Positions 1 to 8,138 of a DNA stretch of 20,000 nt are shown here, in pieces (within the stretch, counting starts at the first letter, position 1; every line of letters begins with the position of its first letter). Source of the stretch: Trichomonas gallinae. Taxonomy: Eukaryota. Under the pieces are notes generated by a model. That model worked only from the letters and a program-made list of their open reading frames with translations, was not told where the DNA came from and made no database searches. The translations under genes and the position numbers were made by a program. Location of the stretch: contig MRSU01004894.1 in NCBI GenBank assembly GCA_008369845.1, positions 51,866-71,865 on the forward strand. Reading direction: 5' to 3'.

Positions 1-193
1 TATATGTTTTGTTTGCTAATTTAGTTTTCACTGTTCCTAAATCCATAGGATGCGTGATAATATCTAAATAATCAGGCGCATTGTCTTTTTCTGGATCAAC
101 GGGTCTCTTAAATATGCACGCCAGCGGGTGTTCGTAAAGTATGTCTGTCTTTTCTTTTAGATACGCAAATTCAATTGGAGTCAATTCAACCAT
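1..193 (-). CDS. Bromodomain-containing protein, 5' part (runs off the left edge)
   Basis: Manual translation from the ATG at 193 gives MVELTPIEFAYLKEKTDILYEHPLACIFKRPVDPEKDNAPDYLDIITHPMDLGTVKTKLANKTY, open to the edge. F-x-x-PVD...PDY-x-x-II-x-x-PMDL-x-TV-x-x-KL is the bromodomain ZA-loop/helix A signature. Not in the ORF track. Confidence 0.93.
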   Translation of the reverse strand, partial: MVELTPIEFAYLKEKTDILYEHPLACIFKRPVDPEKDNAPDYLDIITHPMDLGTVKTKLANKTY

Positions 194-200
194 TATCAAT

Positions 201-210
201 AAAAAGTGAC
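201..210 (-). promoter_or_regulatory. Initiator (Inr)-like element GTCACTTTTT upstream of the bromodomain gene
   Basis: Minus strand reads GTCACTTTTTATTGATA-ATG. TCACT matches the trichomonad Inr consensus TCA(Py)(T/A) and lies ~12-16 nt before the ATG. Confidence 0.7.
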
Positions 211-993
211 AAATTTAAAAAAAATCATTTTTCATTCTTATCTATAGATTTTTTAAAATAAATTTTATTATATTTTAGCTTTAGTATAACCATTTTAGCT
301 ATAAAAGATATCAAAAAGTTATGCAAACATTTTTACATGATGGATTGTCATATTTTTAGTTGCAAAATTATTAAAAATTCTCTTAACTAAATTTATTATG
401 GTATAGCTTATGTAGATTTAAACTTGATTGTAGGAAACTGTTCAATCATTTATGCTTCTAGATATATATCAATTCTATAATCACTGGAGTTCTGATAAGA
501 CATTAACGTTCATAAACTGTAATGTTGTAACATAAGAATGCGAAGCTGTTTACAATTTATCAAATGGAATCAAACAAATAATAACAGAAATAAAAGTATC
601 AGAACAATCGAAAATTATAGTGATTATGATGTACAAGCTCTCGCTATTGAATCGTTCCTGAACACTTTTATGATGTATAACTGAATTCCAAAAGTCGTCC
701 AGACCAAATAATTGATAGTTCTCATAGAATAATTCAATAATTGCTATTGAAAAATGGAACAAAACTTTAATGATCATCCCAAAATTTTTGGATATAAAAG
801 TGACAAAATTTGAATGATATCCATAGAATCATTCTATGAGTTATCACAAAAAAAAATCGCATCCATTTTGATTTTGAATCACGGGTTAGAATATTGTTGA
901 GTCAAAAATAGCACACTATATGTAGGGATGATGTACTACTAGACAAAGCCAAATATGTTATTTCACGAAAAAATATAAATAAAATAAATACAA

Positions 994-3387
994 TTACACC
1001 AATGTTCCAATTCTTACGCGCTTTCTATGTCTTGTTCCTGAAGAAGATGACTGTGTGTTGTTAGTGTTGCTGTTCAAGTCGTCGTTTGTCGGGGTCCTTT
1101 CTATACGAACCTCAGCTACTGGTTCGTTCGTCGGAATAACTTCTTCTGTCTCGACTTTCTGCAGCTTTCCGTAACCAGGGGACTCCATCTTTGAGTGGCT
1201 CCTTATCACTCTCCTCCTCTTCACTTCACTCTGTGTTAACTCTTCTTGTGTTTCTTCAGCAGTTTCGTCGCCGTCGTTGCCCAATTCAACGATCTTCTTC
1301 TTCGTCATCTCCATCAGCTTGTGTACTGCGACATCCCACAGGCCAAGCTGTTGTAAGACTAGGTATGTTCCGCCGAAAACGACTGTCAGCGCGAAAAGTA
1401 TCGGATTCGCGAGGAACCATAGTATGTAGTCGCTCGCGCAGAAGAGAAAAACGATCCATGCCCACGGCGGAATGTGCTCGTTGTTGCCGCTCGCCGTGAT
1501 TGACGCCCTGGCCTCCTCGTACGCGTGAATGATCAGTCTCTCGAACTTTTCTTCGATTTCTTGAGACTTTTCGACAGGAATTAAAACTTGATTCAACGGA
1601 TTATTCGGAGTTTGGTCATCAGGCGACGCCAGTCTGCAGTAAGTGAACAATATCAATACCCTTCTGCCTGCTGCTCTAGATTCTTCGTAAATCTGGTTCA
1701 AATTGTGTCTTCTCGTCCAAACTCTCGGTCTTCCGTTCTTTTCGTACCTGAAACTCCTATCGAATGCTGTCTTCATCTTCATCATGATGTAGTTCGCTGA
1801 CTCCTTCACTTGTGTCAGCGCGTGTCGCTGGAATCTCTTGAGTGTTGATGATGGCATCTGTGGATCTTTGACGTTTGTCTTTAGAATCTCGAAATATCTG
1901 TCATCCGTCTTCTTTGACGTCTCTTGGAGAAGGTTTCTGAGGTCTTCCCACATCTTTTGGTCAGCAATCATTAACAATTCCGCAGCTTTATCGTTGAAGG
2001 CCAGCTTCTCTTCGGCAAATATGTTCTTGTAGCACTTGTGAGTGAGTGTTTCCTCAGAAGCCCTTCTCGCGTCGTCCATCGCTTTCACAGTCTTATATGA
2101 TGGGAATTGCCACTTGTAGCCCTCGATGATGGCCTTCCTGCACATGCTGTCGAGCGATAATGTGAGTGAATCGATCTTTTCTTGAACCTGTAGATACCAT
2201 TTTCCGCCAATCGTGAATGAATCCGGCAATTCGGCCATGAAACTCATGAATTCGGACGTAACCTTGCGTGCGAAGTAGTTGCAATGCTTGATAAACAAAG
2301 GCTGCAAAACTTCGCCAATTTCATCTGTGAGTTTCTTCTGAAATTCGTCCAGTGCGGCCTGCTGGTAGCGCCATGAGTTGTCGTGGTAGAATTTGTTTGC
2401 GTTTTTGATTCCTAATTCAGCAAATTCTTTAAATTTGTCTCCCAAGTTCACCGATTCGTCTGACATTGGCTGGATGATTGTCTTTGTCGCATATTCTTTG
2501 AATTTCTCGAACGCAATCTTTTCATTTTCTTCGCATTTGAATCTCGAAAGCATTAATTTCTGTGATGGAATGTTGAGTTCTTTGTTCTCATTGATGACAT
2601 CCCAGAGGTTCCTAATATACTGGCTTAGGCCTCCTCCTGGTACAACTTTGTTAGATTTGTCTTTGAATAAATATTTTTCTTGTTTTTCGTCGATAAACCA
2701 TGTTCTAAGCGTGTCTATGTTTTGGTTGAACACATCGCGTTGAATTGTCATGTGTCCAATCGAAAAGAAGTCGAATTCGAAGAAATCGTGAATATCTTTT
2801 CCTTTAAGCGAATCAGGAAGATTTATTTCTGCCCAAATATTTTCCATATCCCTGTTGATTTGGAATTTAATAACGTCGAAGTTTGGAACAGTGCAATCGC
2901 GAATTACGAATAAAATCTTGCTTTTTGTCGTATTTTGTGCTAAAAACAGCTGTACGTTGACTTCCATGACTGTCTTGAGCATTGGGAGGTTCGCAGCATT
3001 ATATCTGCCAATATCTGATTCCCACATGTTAATAATGAGTAATTCGGAAAGAGCCAAAGCGAAAAGTGATGATTTCCTTTCGAATAACGCGTCTGAGTCT
3101 CCTCTTTCTCTAGAATCGCAGCCTTCGACATCGAATAATAAGATCGGACCGTTTTTTGCGCGTGCAGCGTGGATACCTTTAGTAGTCTGCTGCCTACCCC
3201 TCTGTTCATCCATAGTTTCGAATCTCGTGCCGAAAAGAAGGTTCATTAAGGTAGATTTACCTGAACTCTGACATCCGATGATGGAAACCATATGGTAGTC
3301 AGTGCCCACCTGGTCTATGCCGCTCCTCTCTATGTGCTCATCAAGGTCTGGAACAATCTGTCCTTCGCCTGTGATGATTTGCTCCAT
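994..3387 (-). CDS. SEY1: Sey1/RHD3 atlastin-like ER membrane fusion GTPase
   Basis: 797-aa ORF. G1 GCQSSGKSTLMNLLFGTRF, G2 RQQTTKGI, G3 DVEGCDSRERG, FERKSSLFALA, G4 FVIRD, a helical middle domain with F..SFRYEKNGRPRVW, a C-terminal hydrophobic hairpin (IPPWAWIVFLF...NPILFALTVVFGG) and a cytosolic tail. Confidence 0.96.
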   Translation of the reverse strand: MEQIITGEGQIVPDLDEHIERSGIDQVGTDYHMVSIIGCQSSGKSTLMNLLFGTRFETMDEQRGRQQTTKGIHAARAKNGPILLFDVEGCDSRERGDSDALFERKSSLFALALSELLIINMWESDIGRYNAANLPMLKTVMEVNVQLFLAQNTTKSKILFVIRDCTVPNFDVIKFQINRDMENIWAEINLPDSLKGKDIHDFFEFDFFSIGHMTIQRDVFNQNIDTLRTWFIDEKQEKYLFKDKSNKVVPGGGLSQYIRNLWDVINENKELNIPSQKLMLSRFKCEENEKIAFEKFKEYATKTIIQPMSDESVNLGDKFKEFAELGIKNANKFYHDNSWRYQQAALDEFQKKLTDEIGEVLQPLFIKHCNYFARKVTSEFMSFMAELPDSFTIGGKWYLQVQEKIDSLTLSLDSMCRKAIIEGYKWQFPSYKTVKAMDDARRASEETLTHKCYKNIFAEEKLAFNDKAAELLMIADQKMWEDLRNLLQETSKKTDDRYFEILKTNVKDPQMPSSTLKRFQRHALTQVKESANYIMMKMKTAFDRSFRYEKNGRPRVWTRRHNLNQIYEESRAAGRRVLILFTYCRLASPDDQTPNNPLNQVLIPVEKSQEIEEKFERLIIHAYEEARASITASGNNEHIPPWAWIVFLFCASDYILWFLANPILFALTVVFGGTYLVLQQLGLWDVAVHKLMEMTKKKIVELGNDGDETAEETQEELTQSEVKRRRVIRSHSKMESPGYGKLQKVETEEVIPTNEPVAEVRIERTPTNDDLNSNTNNTQSSSSGTRHRKRVRIGTLV

Positions 3388-3534
3388 TTTTTAATTTAAT
3401 TTTTTTTTCTCTTCCGATCATATTTGGATTAAATTTTATTTTATTTTATACGTTAACACATGACTTGTAAATAGGAAATTTGTCGCGTAAAGTGTCAAAT
3501 GAAACATTTTTTCACAGTCTTTATTCATTAAGAC

Positions 3535-3977
3535 ATATTTCATCTCTAAGAAGCTTGTGTCTTATTATAACTATTCCCTTTATCCAAAATGAAAATAACT
3601 CATTTTATCATTATGATATGAAATATTTGAGTTTTTATATGTGTTTTATAAAATAAATATTTCATCAATAATAAGTATATATCTTCTATAACTATTTACT
3701 TTATCCAAATAGTAAATAACTCATTATTTTATTTTGATATCAAATATTTTAGAATTTAATTGCGTTTTATAGTGTGAACATTTGGCTACATCTAGTATAG
3801 CATCATCTGATACCAATCTATCAGATTTACTAGCAATAACACAATGAAAATATTAAAAAATATAATAAATTTAGTGTTTTATAGCCTGGGTATTTATATA
3901 CATCTAGTATAACATCATTTCATATCAATTTTTCAGATATATTAGATTTAAACATTTGAAAATATTAAAAAATATAT
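3535..3977. repeat. Degenerate tandem duplications, ~112-122 bp units
   Basis: TATAACTATT...TTTATCCAAA...AAATAACTCATT at 3566 and 3687 (period 121). TACATCTAGTATA.CATCAT...GAAAATATTAAAAAATATA at 3787 and 3899 (period 112). G[TC]GTTTTATA recurs at ~3641, ~3762 and ~3875. Confidence 0.8.
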
Positions 3978-4163
3978 AAAAGAATGAAATTTGAGCGACA
4001 ATGAGATTATTTGCTTTGTCATATCAATCCAATGTGAGTATTATATTATTTATTTCGTAATATGAGATTGTTATATTTCATTTTTAAACTAAAAAATTTG
4101 AATATGAAAAATGTTGAAGTGGAATGTATATAAAACAATTTAGATATCAAACAAATATAAATT

Positions 4164-5954
4164 CTAAAAATCATCTCTCTCGGATGCATCGTTAATTTGC
4201 TTCAAATGAGAGAACATTGAAGAATTATCATCTTCAGCTAGTTCAACACCACTTTGTGATGTAGAATGTGTGTTTTCTGATTCTGTTCGAGAAAGCTCAA
4301 CATAGTAGTCAACCCCAGATTGAACTCCACTTGGTCCAGAGAATTCAACATATTCTGCTGATCGTGTTGAAGCTGTTTGCAACTCGGATACTGTCACTAA
4401 GTCAATAGTTGAAGCTGTTCCTGCAGTGCTAATCGATTTAGAAGTAGCTGTAGATTTATTATCTTCTTCAATGATAGGAAGAATGTCAACATCTGAGCTG
4501 TAATAGTTTGGATTGTTCGGATCTGTTGGTGGAAGAGGCCTGAGAGATCCAGTGTAAGATTCTCTGTCTCCATATTTGGAAGAAGACTTTGGAACAGGTT
4601 CTTCGATGTCAATGTTCTGTTTAGATGTCCTAAATGTCGCTTTTCTGGTGCTGGGCGTTGATAAACCACTTGAATTTGGTGAATAAATTGATTGTCTTGA
4701 AGATGCGGATTTAGACGTTGGAGATGAAATTGTTGATGCTGTATTGGACTGACTGACCTCTTTTTGATCAATTTCAGATTGTTTTTCAACAGATGTAAGA
4801 TTTCTTGATGAAACTGATGCTTGAGCGTTATTATCTTTGCCATATGAGCCAGTTTCGATGATTTCTGATGATTTTTCTTGTTTTTCGACAACAGAATTAT
4901 AATTATCTCCCTGAATCTTATTTGGCGAATCAGATTCATCAATAGTTGATGAGCCTGTCTGGTATATCTCAATCAGTTGGTCATCTTCCTCAATTGATTC
5001 GATAATTTTTCTTTGTTGCTCTTGTGGTGAAGCTTCTTCAACTTCATCATTATATGTGTTAGCTATGGAGCTTAGCGATTCCAGATCTGAGTCGCTTTCT
5101 TTGATTTCTTTTCTATCATCGAATCTGAAAGTTTTTCGTGAGAATTTCTTCTCTTTCTGGAAGAATGGCTCGAATTCGATGACTTCCAAGTCATTCTTAA
5201 CGTAAATCTCATCAAGTTTAGATGATTTTTTAGTTTTGAGCCAATTTGATGATATTCCTGGTTTAGCTTCTTCCTTTGGATAAAGATATGACATATCTAC
5301 CTGTTCATTTGCTCCGAATGTATCATAATGAACATATCTTCCAGGGATAAATGGCCTCACATCATCATTTGATGATTCTTCTTCATCTTCTGCTCTTGGA
5401 TCTTTGGCAAGTTCTGGACCAACGAAGCTAGTAAATGATTGATCTGTTCTTGGCTCAGCTGTTTCATCAACTTGAGTTTCAATTGGTAAATCATCTGATG
5501 ATAAACCTGTGTCGATTTCTGAGTTTGAAACAGTTGTAGAATCGAAAGGTCCCTTTCCTAAGAATCGTGAATTGAGTTTAACATGCTCAGGTTCGTATGT
5601 ATCTTCGTTAATTTCTGTGAAATTTCGATCTTCATAAACTTCTTTGAATGGTTTTCGATCTGATACTGTGTTGACTTTCTTTCTGCGGCGCGTTAATCGA
5701 ACGTTTGATGGTTTATATTGTTTCTCATCGATTTTCATTGTCGTTAAGTCGTTGGTTGTCGCTGGAACGAGTGATAAAGTCTCTGTTACCATTGAATTCG
5801 TCGGTTGGTTGAGATTAATTGTATTATTCGATTCAGATGTGTGTGTATGTGCGTGATTATGTGGAATTTCTTGTCCATTGTTATCATATTTCCTTCTTTG
5901 AACACGAACACGGACTTTTACTTTTCCATTACTCGACTTTTCATTATTCATCAT
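4164..5954 (-). CDS. Hypothetical low-complexity Ser/Thr/Glu-rich, probably disordered protein
   Basis: 596-aa uninterrupted ORF, more GC-rich than its flanks. Basic N-terminal patches (KVKVRVRVQRRK, RLTRRRKK). No domain recognised. Confidence 0.8.
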   Translation of the reverse strand: MMNNEKSSNGKVKVRVRVQRRKYDNNGQEIPHNHAHTHTSESNNTINLNQPTNSMVTETLSLVPATTNDLTTMKIDEKQYKPSNVRLTRRRKKVNTVSDRKPFKEVYEDRNFTEINEDTYEPEHVKLNSRFLGKGPFDSTTVSNSEIDTGLSSDDLPIETQVDETAEPRTDQSFTSFVGPELAKDPRAEDEEESSNDDVRPFIPGRYVHYDTFGANEQVDMSYLYPKEEAKPGISSNWLKTKKSSKLDEIYVKNDLEVIEFEPFFQKEKKFSRKTFRFDDRKEIKESDSDLESLSSIANTYNDEVEEASPQEQQRKIIESIEEDDQLIEIYQTGSSTIDESDSPNKIQGDNYNSVVEKQEKSSEIIETGSYGKDNNAQASVSSRNLTSVEKQSEIDQKEVSQSNTASTISSPTSKSASSRQSIYSPNSSGLSTPSTRKATFRTSKQNIDIEEPVPKSSSKYGDRESYTGSLRPLPPTDPNNPNYYSSDVDILPIIEEDNKSTATSKSISTAGTASTIDLVTVSELQTASTRSAEYVEFSGPSGVQSGVDYYVELSRTESENTHSTSQSGVELAEDDNSSMFSHLKQINDASERDDF

Positions 5955-6016
5955 TTTTTTGCGTTAAAAAATTTTTCAAACGAAAATTTATTTACAAAAT
6001 TATTAAAATTGAATAA

Positions 6017-6222
6017 TTTACACGACAAAATTTAAATATTTGTGATATTTACCAAACAAATTTTAAATTTACTTGTCAAATATTTACATAACAAATTTAT
6101 TTTACATGACAAATATATTCAAAATTTGTGAAGGTTACAAAACAAAATTTCATTTTACGTGTCAATTATTTTTTAAAATTTGAGATGTTTACAAAGACAA
6201 GAGAATTGAAAGATTTACGAAA
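6017..6222 (+). repeat. Array of short TTAC-N3-(A/T)CAA motifs within a degenerate ~52-54 bp higher-order repeat
   Basis: [TG]TTAC-N3-WCAA copies start at 6017, 6048, 6068, 6083, 6101, 6134 and 6154, with variants at 6188 and 6214. ATTTG[TA]GA spacers recur at ~6038, ~6124 and ~6178. Confidence 0.7.
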
Positions 6223-6229
6223 ACGGTTG
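6222..6229 (+). promoter_or_regulatory. M3-like (Myb-type) core promoter element AACGGTTG
   Basis: Matches the T. vaginalis M3 consensus DRCSGYTD. It is followed by CCATTT at 6235-6240 and the candidate ncRNA, similar to the arrangement upstream of RPL32 in this window. Confidence 0.45.
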
Positions 6230-6235
6230 TTCAGC

Positions 6236-6379
6236 CATTTCTGTCTATAACCAGCGGAGTAATGGATGTCCATTTCCCCTTAGAAAGGCAGAGACACATG
6301 GGTGTTACAGCGATTAGTAGCTCGTGTTCCTGATCTCCTAAACCCACCCCAAATACCAAAAGCCCTTTAGAGAACAATT
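6236..6379 (+). ncRNA. Candidate structured small RNA, box H/ACA snoRNA-like
   Basis: GC-richer island with no useful ORF. Hairpin 1 has lower stem TTCTGTCT (6239-6246)/AGGCAGAG (6286-6293), an internal loop, upper stem GGAGTAATGG/CCATTTCC, then ACA (6294-6296). A 3' stem TCTCCTAAA (6334-6342)/TTTAGAGA (6366-6373) is directly followed by ACA (6374-6376) and a T-run. G-U pairs in hairpin 1 favour the + strand. Confidence 0.55.
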
Positions 6380-6655
6380 TTTATTTTTTCGAATGTGAAA
6401 TTTTTTAACTGAGTTCAAGCATAAAGTTATTGCAATATTGAATACATCCTCAATTCTTACAACTACAAATGCTTTGTGTCTCATTTAGTTATGGTCTCAT
6501 ATAATTATCTTCAAAAATTGGCCAAACCATAATATTTAACGGATTTGTTAATATGATATACGTGAAATAAGTCTAAAAATAGTAGTTTGAGTAATATAAG
6601 GATATAAACAACAAATTTACATTATGTAAGCCGTATAATACAAACATGTGATTAT

Positions 6656-7285
6656 CTAAGCGTACTCTTCGAGAATATGACCTTTTCCTTGGAATTCTTC
6701 TTTTCCACGTTTATCGACAACTTTGATTTGGAAGCCGTCTGGGTATTTGTCCTTGAATTCTGATGGATAGAAACCATCATAGATGTCTCTAAAGAATTGA
6801 GCGCTCATCGGAAGATTATATGGCCTTTCTTTTGAATCGTTTACTGTAAAATACGTATTGTATAGAGTAATAACGATTGGTTTTTCGAAGTCAGCTTTGA
6901 ATATGTTGCTTTCACGCTTGATTTGAATTTTTGGATTCATTGCAGACCTGTTTAATTGGTCTATCTTTACCATGAATGTATTCATATCATCAGGTCCATG
7001 CTCATATGTATTATCTTTAGGCCCAGGACCGCCAACCCAGTGTAAATCGTAATCTTCTAGGAATTGTGTCATTTCGTCAAGCTGTTGTTGTAACTGTGCG
7101 TTCTTTTCTTGCTCGTCTAGAAGTTCTTGCTCTAATTTTGCGATTTCTTCGGATTGTTGCATTGCAATTCTTTCCAATTTTGCATATTGAGCGGCATTGT
7201 CGTCTCTTGGAGTCTTATTGACTGGTTTAAGACTTCCTAAAGGAACTTTCGCTAGCACATTAGCACCTCCTCCCTTGTAACTCAT
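6656..7285 (-). CDS. UBXN11/Socius-like coiled-coil + SEP-domain protein, no UBX domain
   Basis: Coiled coil followed by EMTQFLEDYDLHWVG and ITLY...RPY...FFRDIYDGFYPSEFKDKYPDGFQIKVVDKR, which resemble UBXN11 motifs (FLxDYGLxWVG; DIxDGFFPSEL...YPxG). Start placed at the ATG at 7285 (MSYKGGG, 209 aa); the track start at 7342 is not an ATG. Confidence 0.8.
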   Translation of the reverse strand: MSYKGGGANVLAKVPLGSLKPVNKTPRDDNAAQYAKLERIAMQQSEEIAKLEQELLDEQEKNAQLQQQLDEMTQFLEDYDLHWVGGPGPKDNTYEHGPDDMNTFMVKIDQLNRSAMNPKIQIKRESNIFKADFEKPIVITLYNTYFTVNDSKERPYNLPMSAQFFRDIYDGFYPSEFKDKYPDGFQIKVVDKRGKEEFQGKGHILEEYA

Positions 7286-7626
7286 TAAAATTTTTTGAAA
7301 TTTATAACGTGCACAAAAAAATTTTTGGATTAGATTTAGCAATATTTATGAAATTTACTCAAAAAATCACAAATTTCAATATTTTTGAATCATTAAAAAT
7401 CAGCCATTAGTAACTATTTTAGCAATAGATTATAAATTTATCATCAAAAAAGAAAATTATGTTAATTTCGATTTTTCTCAAAATATTTTTCAGTAATGAT
7501 AAGTTTAGAGCAGAGTAAATACAAATAATAAAGTAAAAGATGTATTTTACAAACAGAACAAGGATAAATTCAACAGAATAATAGGGAAATTGAGTATTTT
7601 TTGTAAATTTGTAAGTCAAACGTATG

Positions 7627-8058
7627 TTACAACATTTGCATGGTTTCATCGATGTTTTTGTTCTCAGCTTGTTTAAGTTGATCGATTATTTTTTGAATGG
7701 AATTATTTTTCTGGTTTCTCCAGATTGTTGATGTAGAAACATGGATTCCAAACTCTTCATTTAAGCGTTCTGTCATACTTTCGAGAGAAATTCCTGAGTC
7801 AACATTAAATTCTTCCATTATCCAAGCTAAATGATGCTCTTTTAATGTGGAACCTTCCAATTTTTGAGAAATATCGACTTCTTTCTTATTCTGTATCAAT
7901 AATTCTCCATTTGCTGACTTTTTAAGAATTCGATGAATTTGTCTTTCGCAGCACGACATTTGTCTTGCAATATCTGTTGCAGAAACTCCATTTTCTTTCT
8001 GCCTGATGATTTCAATTATATCTTCAGGGCTGAGTTTTTTATATTCTTTGCGCTGCAT
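7627..8058 (-). CDS. Double helix-turn-helix protein resembling the DNA-binding region of IS630/Tc1-mariner transposases
   Basis: 143 aa. HTH1 LSPEDIIEIIRQKENGVSATDIARQMSCCERQIHRILKK; HTH2 ISLESMTERLNEEFGIHVSTSTIWR. No DDE/D domain follows. Confidence 0.72.
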   Translation of the reverse strand: MQRKEYKKLSPEDIIEIIRQKENGVSATDIARQMSCCERQIHRILKKSANGELLIQNKKEVDISQKLEGSTLKEHHLAWIMEEFNVDSGISLESMTERLNEEFGIHVSTSTIWRNQKNNSIQKIIDQLKQAENKNIDETMQML

Positions 8059-8138
8059 TATAATTTCTGACAGATTACAAAATATTTTGACATTTTGACA
8101 CTTTATTTATCATTATTTTTGATTTTATTTATATTTAG

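Noticed and set aside
550..777. 75-aa minus-strand ORF
   Set aside because: Composition is typical of AT-rich chance ORFs and no domain is recognisable; not called as a gene.
1191..3271. Multiple overlapping ORFs (e.g. 1191-1499, 2393-2743, 2855-3271, 2940-3209)
   Set aside because: Antisense or alternate-frame shadows of SEY1 with no recognisable motifs.
4397..6035. Alternate-frame ORFs 4397-4972, 5644-5856, 5805-6035 and 5819-6016
   Set aside because: They overlap the 596-aa ORF and are explained by its codon bias.
6017..6222. CRISPR-like repeat/spacer interpretation of the motif array
   Set aside because: Repeats are ~12 nt, degenerate and irregularly spaced; the context is eukaryotic and there are no cas genes.
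6222..6380. Identity of the GC-rich island as U5 snRNA, RNase P/MRP, SRP RNA, U3 or snR30/U17
   Set aside because: Minus-strand GCCTTTCTA differs from the invariant U5 loop GCCUUUUAC. No P4 pairing, SRP helix-8 motif or U3 boxes were found. GTGTTCCTG/AAACC only loosely resemble snR30 m1/m2 and lack the intervening hairpin.
7419..7649. 76-aa ORF as a frameshifted continuation (DDE domain) of the HTH gene
   Set aside because: The sequence is F/I/Y/K-rich AT-biased noise with no transposase catalytic motifs.
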